Assembly: GCA_963663165.1 (NCBI GenBank)
Contig: OY760175.1
Location: 4,736,001-4,800,000 of the forward strand
Length of the DNA stretch: 64,000 nt
DNA from: an uncultured Desulfospira sp.
GTDB lineage: Bacteria; Desulfobacterota; Desulfobacteria; Desulfobacterales; Desulfobacteraceae
Direction of reading: 5' to 3'
Shown here: positions 50,713 through 60,844 of the stretch, one piece after another
How the letters are laid out: each line of letters opens with the position of its first letter
How positions within the stretch are numbered: position 1 is the first letter of the stretch
Position numbers and translations under genes: made by a program
Notes under the pieces: generated by a model
Databases searched by the model: none
What the model was told of the DNA's origin: nothing
Seen by the model: only the letters and a program-made list of their open reading frames with translations

Positions 50713-51807
50713 TCAGTCTTTAAAGCTGTCAATGGTCACCGGCTCAGCCCAGGGATTGGCGTATTGGGCGGCATACCGGCCGGAGATTTCCATGGCCTTA
50801 TCGTAGATGGCTTTGCCGTTGAGGCCTTTCTTGTTCAAGTACTCAATATACTCGGCATGTACCTGACCTTTGACAGATTTAAACTTGGCCACCAGCTCAT
50901 CGGTGGGATTGTAAATTTCAACCCCGAGTTTGTCGGCGTTGTCATAAATCCAGGCCCGGGTTGAATCCCAGTAAACGCCGGCCATTTTGCTGGCATAATC
51001 TTTGGAATACTTATCAATGCTGGCTTTGAGTTCATCGGGAAGGGATTCATATTTGTCTTTGTTCATCAGGATAAACAGGGGAGAATGGGTGGCCGGGTAA
51101 TCCATGATGTACTTTAAGACGTCGGTCAGTTTAAAGGCCGCAATGTTGTGCCAGTCATTGAGACAGCCTTCAATCACGTCTTTTTCAAGGGATTCATAGG
51201 TTTCCGGGGTGGCCACGGTCATGGGAGCGGCACCAATGGCGGTTGCCCATAAAGCGCAGGTTGAACCTGGCGCACGAATCCGCAGGCCCTGCATGTCATC
51301 AATGGTATTGATTTTTTTCTTGGTGGTGCTGATGGGGGCGTAGGTGCAGGCAGAGAGCTGAACTACATAAAAATCTTCATATTCGGTCTGAAGCTCGGGG
51401 ATTTCTTTGAGCATGTCCATGAAAACAGCTGATCCCATGCGGGCGCAGGTGATGCCGTTCTGGGGCAGCAGGATAAACTCTGAAATCGGGAACTGGCCGG
51501 AATAAATCCCGGCAGCACTCCAGCACAGATCTGCCGTACCGTTTACGACAGCGTCAACAGAGCCGCCGGCACCGACCAGGGAACCGCCATGGTAATAGAC
51601 AAACTTAATTTGTCCCTTGGATTCTTTTTCAACTTTGCTGCCCCAGGCTTCCACATACTGCCCGCAGATACTGGTGGCCGGGTCATGGTTTTGTACAATG
51701 AGCTGGTACTTTTTGGCACAAGCGCTTTGAACACCCAACGAAAGCGCAAACATACTGAGTGCCGCGGTCATCACAAATGCAGTAAATAACGTCTTTTTCA
51801 TTTTCAT
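50713..51807 (-). CDS. dctP: TRAP substrate-binding protein
   Basis: Signal peptide; DMQGLRIR, YESLEKDVIEG. Confidence 0.9.
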   Translation of the reverse strand: MKMKKTLFTAFVMTAALSMFALSLGVQSACAKKYQLIVQNHDPATSICGQYVEAWGSKVEKESKGQIKFVYYHGGSLVGAGGSVDAVVNGTADLCWSAAGIYSGQFPISEFILLPQNGITCARMGSAVFMDMLKEIPELQTEYEDFYVVQLSACTYAPISTTKKKINTIDDMQGLRIRAPGSTCALWATAIGAAPMTVATPETYESLEKDVIEGCLNDWHNIAAFKLTDVLKYIMDYPATHSPLFILMNKDKYESLPDELKASIDKYSKDYASKMAGVYWDSTRAWIYDNADKLGVEIYNPTDELVAKFKSVKGQVHAEYIEYLNKKGLNGKAIYDKAMEISGRYAAQYANPWAEPVTIDSFKD

Positions 51808-51832
51808 GTCTCCTTAAAGTTTTTTTAAAAAA

Positions 51833-51920
51833 GAAAGCCTCACTAACATCCTGCATTGACTTTCAGTGTTTGTCATGGACGATGTTCAGGTCGGACACCT
51901 TAAACCGTCCGTGACGGTTA
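51833..51920 (+). repeat. Repeat family B copy 3 (between dctM and dctP)
   Basis: GAAAGCCTCACTAACATCC...GACTTTCA...ATGGACG...CCGTCCGTGACGGTTA. Confidence 0.78.
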
Positions 51921-52021
51921 TATGAAAAAATTACATTACAGCCTTTAGTAATTTTTTCATGATAGGTTATGGGCCGTTTCAGCGGCCCGTGGCCGTAGTA
52001 GTCGTGGTTCTGTGGCTATGA

Positions 52022-53326
52022 TCATGATCCGACAAAGCTGGGTAGCCAGAGTGACAGGATCGGGAACAGACAGACAATGATAATGGCCACTGCCATGCCG
52101 CCGACCATGGGGGCAACTCCTCTGAATATTTTAACAAGGGGGATATCCTTGGCAGCGCCGGAAACAATATAGACATTCATGCCGACAGGGGGGGTAATCA
52201 GACCCATTTCCATAACCATGATCATGACAACGCCGTACCAGATGGCATCAAATCCCATGGAGGTCACAATGGGGAGAAATATGGGAACGGTAAGCATTAC
52301 CATGGCCAGTGAGTCCATGATACAGCCTAAGAGGGCATAAATCAGAATGATGGTCGCCAGAATCACGTATTTGCTGACGGCAAGGGTTTCAACCCATTCG
52401 GCCAGGGTCATGGGCAGCTGGGTAATGGCCAGAAAAGCGCCAAAAACATAAGCACCGATCAGAATCAAAAATACCATGGAGGAGGTGACTATGGTTGACC
52501 TTAAGCATTCCATAAACACGTTCCATTTGAATTTTCCCTTTAAAATCAGGTAAATAAGGGTCAATAAGGCCCCTACTGCTGCCGCCTCGTTGGCAGTAAA
52601 CAGCCCGATAAACATGCCCCCGACAACGATCAGAAATAACATGATCAGGGCCATGCCGCCCTTGACCGCTATCAGTTTTTCCTTCCAGGAATAGTGGACG
52701 GCCTTTGGAGCCAGTTCCGGCTTAATCCGAACCACAACGGATATGGTCAAAATGTAGCAGATGGCCAGGACAATCCCTGGGATAATGCCGGCCGCGAACA
52801 GTTTTCCAATGGACTGCTCGGCTACAATACCGTAAATAATAAAACCGGTACTCGGCGGAATCAGGATCCCCAGGGTCCCGCCGGCAGCAATGGACCCGGC
52901 GGACAGGCTGTCGTCATAGCCCGCCTTTCGCATCTCGGGCAGGGCCACCACACTCATGGTCGCGGCAGTGGCTGCGGTTGACCCGCAGATGGCGGAAAAC
53001 CCCGCGCAGGCCGCCACCGTGGACATGGCCAGCCCGCCTTTGCGGCCGCCCAGCCATTTGTTGGCAAAATCGAACAGATCCGCTGACATCCCCGAGTGAA
53101 AGGCCAACTGGCCCATCAGCACAAACAGCGGGATAACGGTGAACGAATAGGTGGTTGCCTGGGTAAAGGGAATCGATTTTAAAAGCCCCAGGGCGGGCCC
53201 GTAATCCCTGACAAACCAGAACCCGAAAAAACCGACCGCCATCATCGCAATACCGATGTTCATCCCCATAACCAGCAGAATCATTAAAATAATTACGCCT
53301 ATAATTGCTATCGTGATAAAATCCAT
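52022..53326 (-). CDS. dctM: TRAP large permease
   Basis: GGTLGILIPPS, ITPPVGMNVY. Confidence 0.93.
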   Translation of the reverse strand: MDFITIAIIGVIILMILLVMGMNIGIAMMAVGFFGFWFVRDYGPALGLLKSIPFTQATTYSFTVIPLFVLMGQLAFHSGMSADLFDFANKWLGGRKGGLAMSTVAACAGFSAICGSTAATAATMSVVALPEMRKAGYDDSLSAGSIAAGGTLGILIPPSTGFIIYGIVAEQSIGKLFAAGIIPGIVLAICYILTISVVVRIKPELAPKAVHYSWKEKLIAVKGGMALIMLFLIVVGGMFIGLFTANEAAAVGALLTLIYLILKGKFKWNVFMECLRSTIVTSSMVFLILIGAYVFGAFLAITQLPMTLAEWVETLAVSKYVILATIILIYALLGCIMDSLAMVMLTVPIFLPIVTSMGFDAIWYGVVMIMVMEMGLITPPVGMNVYIVSGAAKDIPLVKIFRGVAPMVGGMAVAIIIVCLFPILSLWLPSFVGS

Positions 53327-53582
53327 TTAATACGTGTCTCCCAAATCAGTCTTTCTCCGCTCGATAATTAAGTGGTGCAAAACCATTATTTAATTTTTCA
53401 ATTTTTATTTAAAAAATTTCCCATAAAACATCAAAAACAGTATAGGCTCATATCTTATCTCATGCGATTATGCAACCCTTTTCCAAAATCATCTAAAAAC
53501 AAAACGGTTGACTCCATAGACCCAAAAAGCCTTGTCATCAGGCCGTTACAGCTATTTTTAAAATCGTTTACCAATATAATTT

Positions 53583-53598
53583 AGCAAAAAGAATGCCA
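53583..53598 (-). promoter_or_regulatory. Sigma54 promoter of the dctM-dctP-dctQ operon
   Basis: Minus strand TGGCATTCTTTTTGCT (GG-N10-GC, TTGCT). Confidence 0.7.
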
Positions 53599-53796
53599 TG
53601 GGGAATTTCAGTAAAAATACGGTTGGTGAAATGGGGCGCAACCCTGCACCACAGCTATTTTTCGGCTGGAAAATTTTTATGAATACAGCGGGTGCCGGAA
53701 AGGCAGATTGACTCATTGTGTCAGCTTTTTTTTCACCATGCCAAAAACTTTACGGCCGTTTTGGAATTCCCCATGGGATCAATTTCTTTGCATCCT

Positions 53797-54444
53797 TTAT
53801 CTGGATATGGCCAGTTTAATGCCGTAGCCGACAAATATGGCACCGGCGGTCCTTTCAATTTTTCGTTTGTGGGCCTCAAAGGCTTTTTTGGCTTTATCGT
53901 ATGAAAAAACAGCGGCCACAAAAGAATACCAGCCAGCGGAAACAGCGCATATCAATAAAACGCATGCCGCGCCGTTCTGGGGGGCCGGATCAGGTGAAAC
54001 CGTTGCCGCAAAAAGGCCTGTCATAAAAAACGCTGTCTTTGGGTTAAGCAGATTGGTTAACAGCCCGAGCCTGAAACAGCTCATGGCCGAATGGGGTTTG
54101 GTGCCGTTATCGCATTGAACCGGATCTTTCCTTTTAAAAATCAGGTTCAACCCCACCACCATGAGATAAAGGCCGCCCGTTATTTTCAGAAAAATATACA
54201 GTATCGGCACGGTTTTAAATAAAATGGAGATGCCCATGTATCCGGATACGGACCAGACCAGTGTGCCGGCAACGATCCCCAAAACCGTATAAAACGACAA
54301 CCGGCGGGTGGTGCCGATGGCGGTATGAATGGTGATAAAGAAGTTGGGTCCCGGTGTGGCGGCGGCCAGTCCCCAGATAATTAAAACAGAATACAACATC
54401 TTAAAATCCAACGGCAGCACTTGAATGTCTTGCATAAGCTCCAT
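53797..54444 (-). CDS. LysE/RhtB-family exporter
   Basis: TPGPNF, GGLYL, FRLGLLTNLLNPKT. Confidence 0.92.
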   Translation of the reverse strand: MELMQDIQVLPLDFKMLYSVLIIWGLAAATPGPNFFITIHTAIGTTRRLSFYTVLGIVAGTLVWSVSGYMGISILFKTVPILYIFLKITGGLYLMVVGLNLIFKRKDPVQCDNGTKPHSAMSCFRLGLLTNLLNPKTAFFMTGLFAATVSPDPAPQNGAACVLLICAVSAGWYSFVAAVFSYDKAKKAFEAHKRKIERTAGAIFVGYGIKLAISR

Positions 54445-54465
54445 ATTTTGAAATTTCCCTTTATG

Positions 54466-54714
54466 CTATCTTTTTCCGATAATCAGCAGGGCTGCGTAAG
54501 GCACCGCATTAAAAACAAGCCAGACGATTTTATACAAGCCAATGAAACAATAATAAATTTCGTTTAACGATTCACGGGGAATCTGAAATAATTTGCTGTG
54601 AACCAGAACCACCCGGTCAAGCCCAGCCATGCCGATGATGACGCTGAAAATCAGCAAAGCGCCGTTTATAATGGTACACCACATGAAAAACAGCTTTATT
54701 TTTTGAAAATCCAT
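54466..54714 (-). CDS. Small membrane protein (DUF6868-like)
   Basis: FFMWCTIIN...HSKLF...YKIVWLVFNAVPYAAL; GGAGG RBS; the longer ORF extension lies in a family A repeat. Confidence 0.7.
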   Translation of the reverse strand: MDFQKIKLFFMWCTIINGALLIFSVIIGMAGLDRVVLVHSKLFQIPRESLNEIYYCFIGLYKIVWLVFNAVPYAALLIIGKR

Positions 54715-54752
54715 TATGATGCCTCCTTTTTTCAAGAAGCCTTTTTTGTAAG

Positions 54753-54900
54753 TAGTGTCTGAACGAAAACCCGTGTTTGGGCGAAAAGTTGGCCAGATGC
54801 AAGGCGCAGAAAAATTTGCAACCGGAGCAACCATAAGGGTTGTGAGGATTGCAAATTTTTCTGCAACGCAGCAGATGGGTGACTTTTCGGTCAAACACTA
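54753..54900 (-). repeat. Repeat family A (MITE-like), full-length copy
   Basis: TAGTGTCTGAACGAAAA...TTTTCGGTCAAACACTA terminal inverted repeats. Confidence 0.92.
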
Positions 54901-55212
54901 AGTATAAGACCGTCGTGGGTGCTGTCCCCCCCCCTCTCTCACGGTTGTTTATTATGAATAACAAAACAAAGGGATAAAAGCATCACCTGTTTGGGGGATT
55001 TTTAAAACAGGTGCCGGGGGCGACCCTTAAAAAAACAGGAAACCGGCGTGAGAGTTTCAAGACATTGTCCGTTAAAAGTTTCCCATTTTGTTTTCCTGCG
55101 GTATTTGGTACAATTTTTACCTAAGCCCCTTCGGTCTTACGCATCAAATGTTTAATTAAAAACAGGCAGGGCCATGAGCCATGGCCGCTGATCCTGGAAA
55201 AACGATGGCCAA

Positions 55213-57669
55213 ATGCGCGATCATATCAGTTTGAAACATAAAATGATCATGGGCGGCATCGCTGCGGTGGTGATCCCGTTTATCATCGCGGCCGGCATTA
55301 TTTATGTCCAGCTGTCGGATTTTCAGATGAAGGCGGCCCGGGAAAATGCGATTCATTTCTCAGCTGATGTTGCCCAGAGAATTGAAGATTTCCTGAGCCA
55401 TGAGACCCGGCTGATTTCTTCTTTTGCCGCAGATCCGGATATCATCCATGCATCAAAGACAGGGGACTACACCATTGCCGCCAGGGAACTTGCAGACGTT
55501 TTTGACGCCATCGGATGGAGCGGGACCACCATGTTCCTGGCAGACAGGAACGGCACCATAAAGGTTGACCCGCGATTCGCCGGTCAGATCGGATTAAATC
55601 TGTCCGACCGGGAATATTTTATTAAAGCAAAAAACGGGCAAACCAATATATCTGTTCCGCTTTATGCCAGGGGGACCTCAGATTATGACATCGTTATGGT
55701 ACTGTGTACCCCCATACGGGAAGGCCAGGAATTTTTTGGCGTTGCTGCCATGGTGTTTTCCACGAATTTTCTGGTAGATATCATTACCCGCCCGGTAATG
55801 GGCAATTCAGGGTATGCCTACCTGCTCAACAAAGAGGGCCAGATTCTGATTCATCCTGAAAAAGATCTGATTTCAAAACAAATTCTTGATGGGTCTCCAG
55901 CTACCCGGGCGGTTAAGCCCTTGATGGAAAGCAACCAGCCGGGCATTGCCGAATATGTATATGAAGGCCAAAAAAAAATCGCCGGCGTCAGTCCAGTCGG
56001 GCTTATCGGCTGGACAGTGGTCTATGCCCAGCCCTTGGATAAAATCATGGCCCCGGTGAACCGGCTGTTGCTGTCGATTTTCATCAGCGGAATTGTTTTT
56101 TTGGGCATTACGGTTTTGACCATCTATATCTTTTTCAGCCGGCTCAGCACGCCCATCCAGAAAATGATGGAAATGGTCGCCCAGGTGTCCCGCCATGCCA
56201 CCGAAGCCCTTGTGCAGATCGGACCGGACCGGAAAATTATATTTGCCAATCCCGCCTTTGAAAAGATAACCGGCATTGCCTTAAAAGATGTGATTGGCGC
56301 CCAGCCCCTGTTTGAAAATTCCGGGGGCCTGCCCAGAGAATCCATATGGCAGGCGCTTGAATCCGGCAATCCATGGTCCGGCCATCTGGAATTCAAGGCA
56401 GAAGGCCAAAAGACCGTGGCCATCCTTGACGTGATGATTGTGCCCCTGAAAGATGACCGGGGACGGATTCAGGGGTACCTGGAAATCGGCAGGGATGTAA
56501 CCGATGAACTCATGTTTGAAAAGCGGTTGAGCCAGGCCCAGAAACTGGAGGCCATCGGAACCCTGGCCGGCGGCATTGCCCATGATTTCAACAATATTTT
56601 AAGTATTATTTTTGGTTATACCGAACTGTCGCTGCTCCATCCGGACCTTGATCCCAAGCTCAAAGACCATCTGCGCCAGATCGCCACGGCCTCGGAAAGG
56701 GCCCGGAGCCTTGTCACCCAGATTTTAAGCTTCAGCCGCCAAAGCAAGATGGAATTGGTGCCCTTTATGCTTAAAACCGTGGTCAAGGAGGCGTTGACAT
56801 TGCTGCGCGCCTCCATGCCGGCATTTATTCGCATTGATGCCAATATAGACAGCTCATCGGCTGTCATGGGCGACCCCACCCGGATCCACCAGGTGGTGAT
56901 GAATTTGTTTACCAACGCGGTCCATGCCATTGGGGAGAGCCCGGGAACCATTGGCCTGGCCTTGGAAGATTTTATGGTAGACCGGGAATTTACCCGCACC
57001 CATCCGGGGATCAAAGAAGGAAAGCATATCATTCTTCGCGTCTCAGATACCGGGTGCGGCATGCCCGCCCAAACCGTTGACCATATCTTTGACCCCTTTT
57101 TTACCACAAAGGCCCAGGGCAAAGGCACGGGACTTGGGCTGTCCGTTGTTCACGGCATTATCAAAAAAATGAACGGCATTATCACCGTTTACAGCCGGGT
57201 CGGCAAAGGCACCGTGTTCAATGTGATTCTTCCCTGCATCACAGAGGATAAGCCGGATATTCAACAGATCCGTTCTCCCATCCGGCGCGGAACGGAACGG
57301 ATCGCGCTGATAGATGATGAGACAGACATTGTGGCCGCCATGCGGTCCATCCTTGAAAATCTAGGATACCGGGTGACGGCATTTACAGACAGTGTGGCCG
57401 GGCTGTCCGCCATTGAATCGGGTCCTGACGAATTTGATCTGATCATCACGGATTATACCATGCCCGGCATAACCGGCCTGGAACTTGCCGGAAAGCTTGA
57501 TCGGGCCGGGATTCGAATTCCCATCTTGCTGATGTCCGGTTTTTTTGGTGAGAAGATCAAAGCCGCGGCCCACGATGCCGGCATAGACCATCTGCTGTAC
57601 AAACCGGTCAATACCTACCGGCTTTCTGCTGCCATTTGCAGGGCGTTGGGGAATAGTGACTGCGGATAA
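55213..57669 (+). CDS. Hybrid sensor histidine kinase (dCache-PAS-HisKA-HATPase-REC)
   Basis: AHDFNNIL, PFFTTK, GTGLGLS, C-terminal TDYTMP receiver. Confidence 0.93.
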   Translation: MRDHISLKHKMIMGGIAAVVIPFIIAAGIIYVQLSDFQMKAARENAIHFSADVAQRIEDFLSHETRLISSFAADPDIIHASKTGDYTIAARELADVFDAIGWSGTTMFLADRNGTIKVDPRFAGQIGLNLSDREYFIKAKNGQTNISVPLYARGTSDYDIVMVLCTPIREGQEFFGVAAMVFSTNFLVDIITRPVMGNSGYAYLLNKEGQILIHPEKDLISKQILDGSPATRAVKPLMESNQPGIAEYVYEGQKKIAGVSPVGLIGWTVVYAQPLDKIMAPVNRLLLSIFISGIVFLGITVLTIYIFFSRLSTPIQKMMEMVAQVSRHATEALVQIGPDRKIIFANPAFEKITGIALKDVIGAQPLFENSGGLPRESIWQALESGNPWSGHLEFKAEGQKTVAILDVMIVPLKDDRGRIQGYLEIGRDVTDELMFEKRLSQAQKLEAIGTLAGGIAHDFNNILSIIFGYTELSLLHPDLDPKLKDHLRQIATASERARSLVTQILSFSRQSKMELVPFMLKTVVKEALTLLRASMPAFIRIDANIDSSSAVMGDPTRIHQVVMNLFTNAVHAIGESPGTIGLALEDFMVDREFTRTHPGIKEGKHIILRVSDTGCGMPAQTVDHIFDPFFTTKAQGKGTGLGLSVVHGIIKKMNGIITVYSRVGKGTVFNVILPCITEDKPDIQQIRSPIRRGTERIALIDDETDIVAAMRSILENLGYRVTAFTDSVAGLSAIESGPDEFDLIITDYTMPGITGLELAGKLDRAGIRIPILLMSGFFGEKIKAAAHDAGIDHLLYKPVNTYRLSAAICRALGNSDCG

Positions 57670-57890
57670 ATTCCCTATGGCACGGGGGTGCAATCCCATT
57701 TAGTGGCATGAACTGACATGTATCCAATTTTTCCGTTTTTCATGCTGCATTGAATACTCTGCCCTCCCAAAAAAAGCTGGACTCCTGGCTCATGAAAGGT
57801 TTATAAGAAACTGGAGACAAGAAACAAGAGACAAGAGGGCGAAGCACCTGCGGTGCCCAATTTATAGTCTACCGTCGCTGGTATCTTCAG

Positions 57891-57949
57891 TTTCATTATT
57901 CGTTGTGGACGGTGCTTGGTTGGATAATCCAAGCCGTCCGTGACGGTTA
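57891..57949 (+). repeat. Repeat family B 3' half, inside the IS leader
   Basis: TTGTGGACGGTGCTTGGTTGGATAATCCAAGCCGTCCGTGACGGTTA, nearly identical to 60369-60415. Confidence 0.85.
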
Positions 57950-57960
57950 TATAGATTTGC

Positions 57961-58833
57961 ATGAGCAGGACTTTAACCATTCAAGGACGTGAATTTTCAG
58001 AAGTTGATATACAAACGATACGCCATTTGATTAACGACAATCCCGCCTGGCACCGCACTCGTTTATCCAAAGAATTGTGTGCTCGCTGGGATTGGCGCAC
58101 GGAAAAAGGTCTGCTCAAGGACATGGCCTGTCGAAGCATGCTGAGAAAACTTGAGCAAAAAGGGATGGTCACACTTCCCGTTGCCCGTCATAGCGGTAAC
58201 CGTCAGCGGCGTATTCCCGATGTCCCCCATGATTGTAAGCCGATAGAAACCACTTTGCGTAAGATCCGCCCGATACAATTGATACCGGTATCGGGCCGTG
58301 GAGATATTGATGATTTATTCCATTGCCTTATGGATCGATATCATTACCTTGGGTGTAAAGGGTATGTCGGAGAACATATGAAGTATATGGCTTTTGATCG
58401 CAATTCTCGTCCGGTTGCCTGCCTGCTTTTTGGCTCAGCAGCATGGAAAACGGCCCCTCGTGACCGATTCATCGGTTGGGATAGGTCGGCTCGTCGCAGG
58501 AACCTGCATATGACGACCAACAATACCCGATTTTTGATTTTGCCATGGATTCGAATTCCCCATCTTGCCAGTCATATTCTGGGTTCATGTCTTAGGCGGC
58601 TGAGCCGGGACTGGACAGCTAAATATGGTCACGATATCTGTCTGGTAGAAACTTTCGTGGATCGATCACGCTTTGCCGGAACTTGCTACCAGGCGGCAAA
58701 TTGGCAAAAAATTGGTCAAAGCAAAGGGCGAAGCCGTCAAGACAGGCACCACAGACTTCAGGTGCCGATAAAAGACATCTATGTATACCCGTTGACTTCC
58801 AATTATAAAAAGCAGCTATGCACACAAACTTGA
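57961..58833 (+). CDS. DUF4338 (DruA-like) protein
   Basis: RYHYLG, RDRFIGW, NNTRFLILPW...LASHIL, ETFVD..RFAGTCYQAANW. Confidence 0.88.
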   Translation: MSRTLTIQGREFSEVDIQTIRHLINDNPAWHRTRLSKELCARWDWRTEKGLLKDMACRSMLRKLEQKGMVTLPVARHSGNRQRRIPDVPHDCKPIETTLRKIRPIQLIPVSGRGDIDDLFHCLMDRYHYLGCKGYVGEHMKYMAFDRNSRPVACLLFGSAAWKTAPRDRFIGWDRSARRRNLHMTTNNTRFLILPWIRIPHLASHILGSCLRRLSRDWTAKYGHDICLVETFVDRSRFAGTCYQAANWQKIGQSKGRSRQDRHHRLQVPIKDIYVYPLTSNYKKQLCTQT

Positions 58834-58890
58834 GGGTTTCAGTCATCGAAATGACAGGTAATTTTTCAACCTGCAATTCGAGGACTGATC

Positions 58891-60291
58891 ATGAAACTTG
58901 CTTCCACTATAAGGGATATTCGAACCCTTCTAACAAAAGCCGTAGCTGATTTCCAAAACCATCAAAATGCTAATATCCTGTGTGAGCAGGTACGGAACGG
59001 CCTCTTCATTATTGTGGAAGCATTTCTGGTTCCCGTCATTGAAAAGGCACTGTCTGACCCGGATCTTTTATCTGAACTGAAAATTGGTGCCGGTAAAAAG
59101 GGACTGCGTTTCAACGGATACCGCCCCAGCAGCATTCGATTATTGACAGGAACTACCCTGAGCATCCGATCCCCTTACTTTTCAAAAGTTGTTTCCAAAC
59201 AACGGCCAGGCCCTAAAACAAAAAAACGACAAAAGGGGACAGGCCGCCATTTTGGGCTTGATTACCTTGGTTTTATCGGCAGGTGTTCAACGCTGTTCGC
59301 TTCGTCGGTGGTCCATGCAGCATTGCTCTGCCCCTCTTTTGAAATTGCCCGAAGATCCCTGGAAAACCATGCAATCAACTTAAATGTCAAAACCATACGC
59401 CGCATAACAATGAATCTTGCACAGGAAGCTATGCCCCTGCGTGGCCGGGTATCTTTTGGAGATACTGATCGCGTTGGTGGCAAAACGGTTCTGGTTTGTA
59501 TCGACGGCGGTCGCCTTCGAGAACGGAGGCCAAAACGGGGACGTAAATCAAAAGGCCAAAAGCGGCAGGGATATCATACTGAATGGAAAGAACCCATTCA
59601 GTTTGTCATACATATTGTCGATCCGGACGGCACAATATCCAAAAAACACTTGCCGGTTTATGATGCCACAATGGGCGGTATTGATGCCGCTTTTGATATT
59701 CTTGAGATCTACTTGCGTGAATTAGATATTCCCAAAGCCAAGCGTGTTGTTTTCTGCTGTGACGGTGCACGTATCTATTGGAAGCGAACAGGCCCGCTGG
59801 CCAAACGGCTTGAAATCGAATCCTATTATGAGGTAATCGACTACACCCATGCAAAACAGAATTTACATGAAATCGTGGACAAATTGCCAAAGAGAATCCC
59901 TATAAAAGAAAGAAACCGGATAGCAGAATCTTGGAAGAACCTCCTTTGGGATGGCAGATTCAAAGACCTTAGAAAAGAAATTGTAAAACACATTACGTAC
60001 CCTAAAAGGCGCATAGAAGCACTATCCAAATTTAAAAGTTACTTCGTGAAAAATCGAAACAGAATGCAGTATCGCCAGTTCCGCAGCCTGAAAATACCTA
60101 CTGGCAGCGGCTGTGTTGAAAGTGCAATACGTCGGGTTATAAATCTCAGAATGAAATCACCGGGTATATTCTGGAAACCGGAAACATCCGAATCAATGTT
60201 GTTCTTAAGGAGTCAGCTCCTTTCCGGGAGGTGGAACATCTTGACTGACAATATCTTCATACAAATTCGGTCACTTTGCTTAGGCCACTAA
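58891..60291 (+). CDS. DDE transposase (ISKra4/ISLre2/UPF0236 type)
   Basis: CIDGG, CDGA..YW, DYTHA, GSGCVESAIR..RMK.PG..W; stop codon lies inside the right IR. Confidence 0.85.
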   Translation: MKLASTIRDIRTLLTKAVADFQNHQNANILCEQVRNGLFIIVEAFLVPVIEKALSDPDLLSELKIGAGKKGLRFNGYRPSSIRLLTGTTLSIRSPYFSKVVSKQRPGPKTKKRQKGTGRHFGLDYLGFIGRCSTLFASSVVHAALLCPSFEIARRSLENHAINLNVKTIRRITMNLAQEAMPLRGRVSFGDTDRVGGKTVLVCIDGGRLRERRPKRGRKSKGQKRQGYHTEWKEPIQFVIHIVDPDGTISKKHLPVYDATMGGIDAAFDILEIYLRELDIPKAKRVVFCCDGARIYWKRTGPLAKRLEIESYYEVIDYTHAKQNLHEIVDKLPKRIPIKERNRIAESWKNLLWDGRFKDLRKEIVKHITYPKRRIEALSKFKSYFVKNRNRMQYRQFRSLKIPTGSGCVESAIRRVINLRMKSPGIFWKPETSESMLFLRSQLLSGRWNILTDNIFIQIRSLCLGH

Positions 60292-60306
60292 ATGGGAATG
60301 CACCCA

Positions 60307-60415
60307 AAGCGGCCCGTGGCCGTTATATGAAAGTCTCACTAACATCCTGAGAAGACTTTCATTTTTTGTTGTGGACGGTTCTTGGTTGGATAATCCAAGC
60401 CGTCCGTGACGGTTA
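60307..60415 (+). repeat. Repeat family B: truncated tail plus full tandem copy abutting the IS right end
   Basis: AAGCGGCCCGTGGCCGTTA directly followed by TATGAAAGTCTCA...AGACTTTCAT...CCGTCCGTGACGGTTA. Confidence 0.88.
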
Positions 60416-60844
60416 GTCAGGTCTTCGGTGCATGCTTTTGCCATGTGAGAAGACATTCAATGAGCGAAGCCGTGGGGGTGCTGCTGAACAGCTGCTTCGG
60501 GACCAATTTTCCTAAGCTGGTAATACAACCCGGCCATATCCAGCAGGGGGGGGTGTCACCTTAAAAAGGCAGTTGCCCGTTATTCCGGCGGTTAGTGATT
60601 TGCGAGTCGGCCCAGGCTCCCTGAAAAAGATGGGAAAACGGTTTTTGTATCCTCATAAATATATAGAATTTATATTTTTTTTATATCTTTATTATTGGAG
60701 TATAATATATAAAATCAATTAGATATAGTATTAAGTATAATTATTCGTATACAAAAAAATGTAATTTAATATTGCTTTCATAAAACGCATTTGGTAACCA
60801 TGCGGATAAGCAAAAATTAATATGGGATTTAAGGAGGCTTTCTT

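Larger units (their letters stand above)
57686..60305 (+). mobile_element. 2.62-kb insertion sequence (ISKra4/ISLre2-like Mutator-type DDE) carrying a DUF4338 passenger gene
   Basis: 22-bp terminal IRs GGGTGCAATCCCATTTAGTGGC (57686-57707) and GCCACTAAATGGGAATGCACCC (60284-60305), 21/22 match; encloses both ORFs. Confidence 0.85.

Noticed and set aside
57678..57692. Sigma54 promoter formed at the IS left junction (TGGCACGGGGGTGC)
   Set aside because: GG-to-GC spacing is 9 rather than the required 10.
57961..58833. Complete Druantia anti-phage system
   Set aside because: Only a DUF4338 gene inside an IS is present; no DruE helicase or other dru genes.
60420..60655. Possible pseudogene fragment between the IS and adh
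   Set aside because: Short frames only; no recognisable protein similarity by eye.
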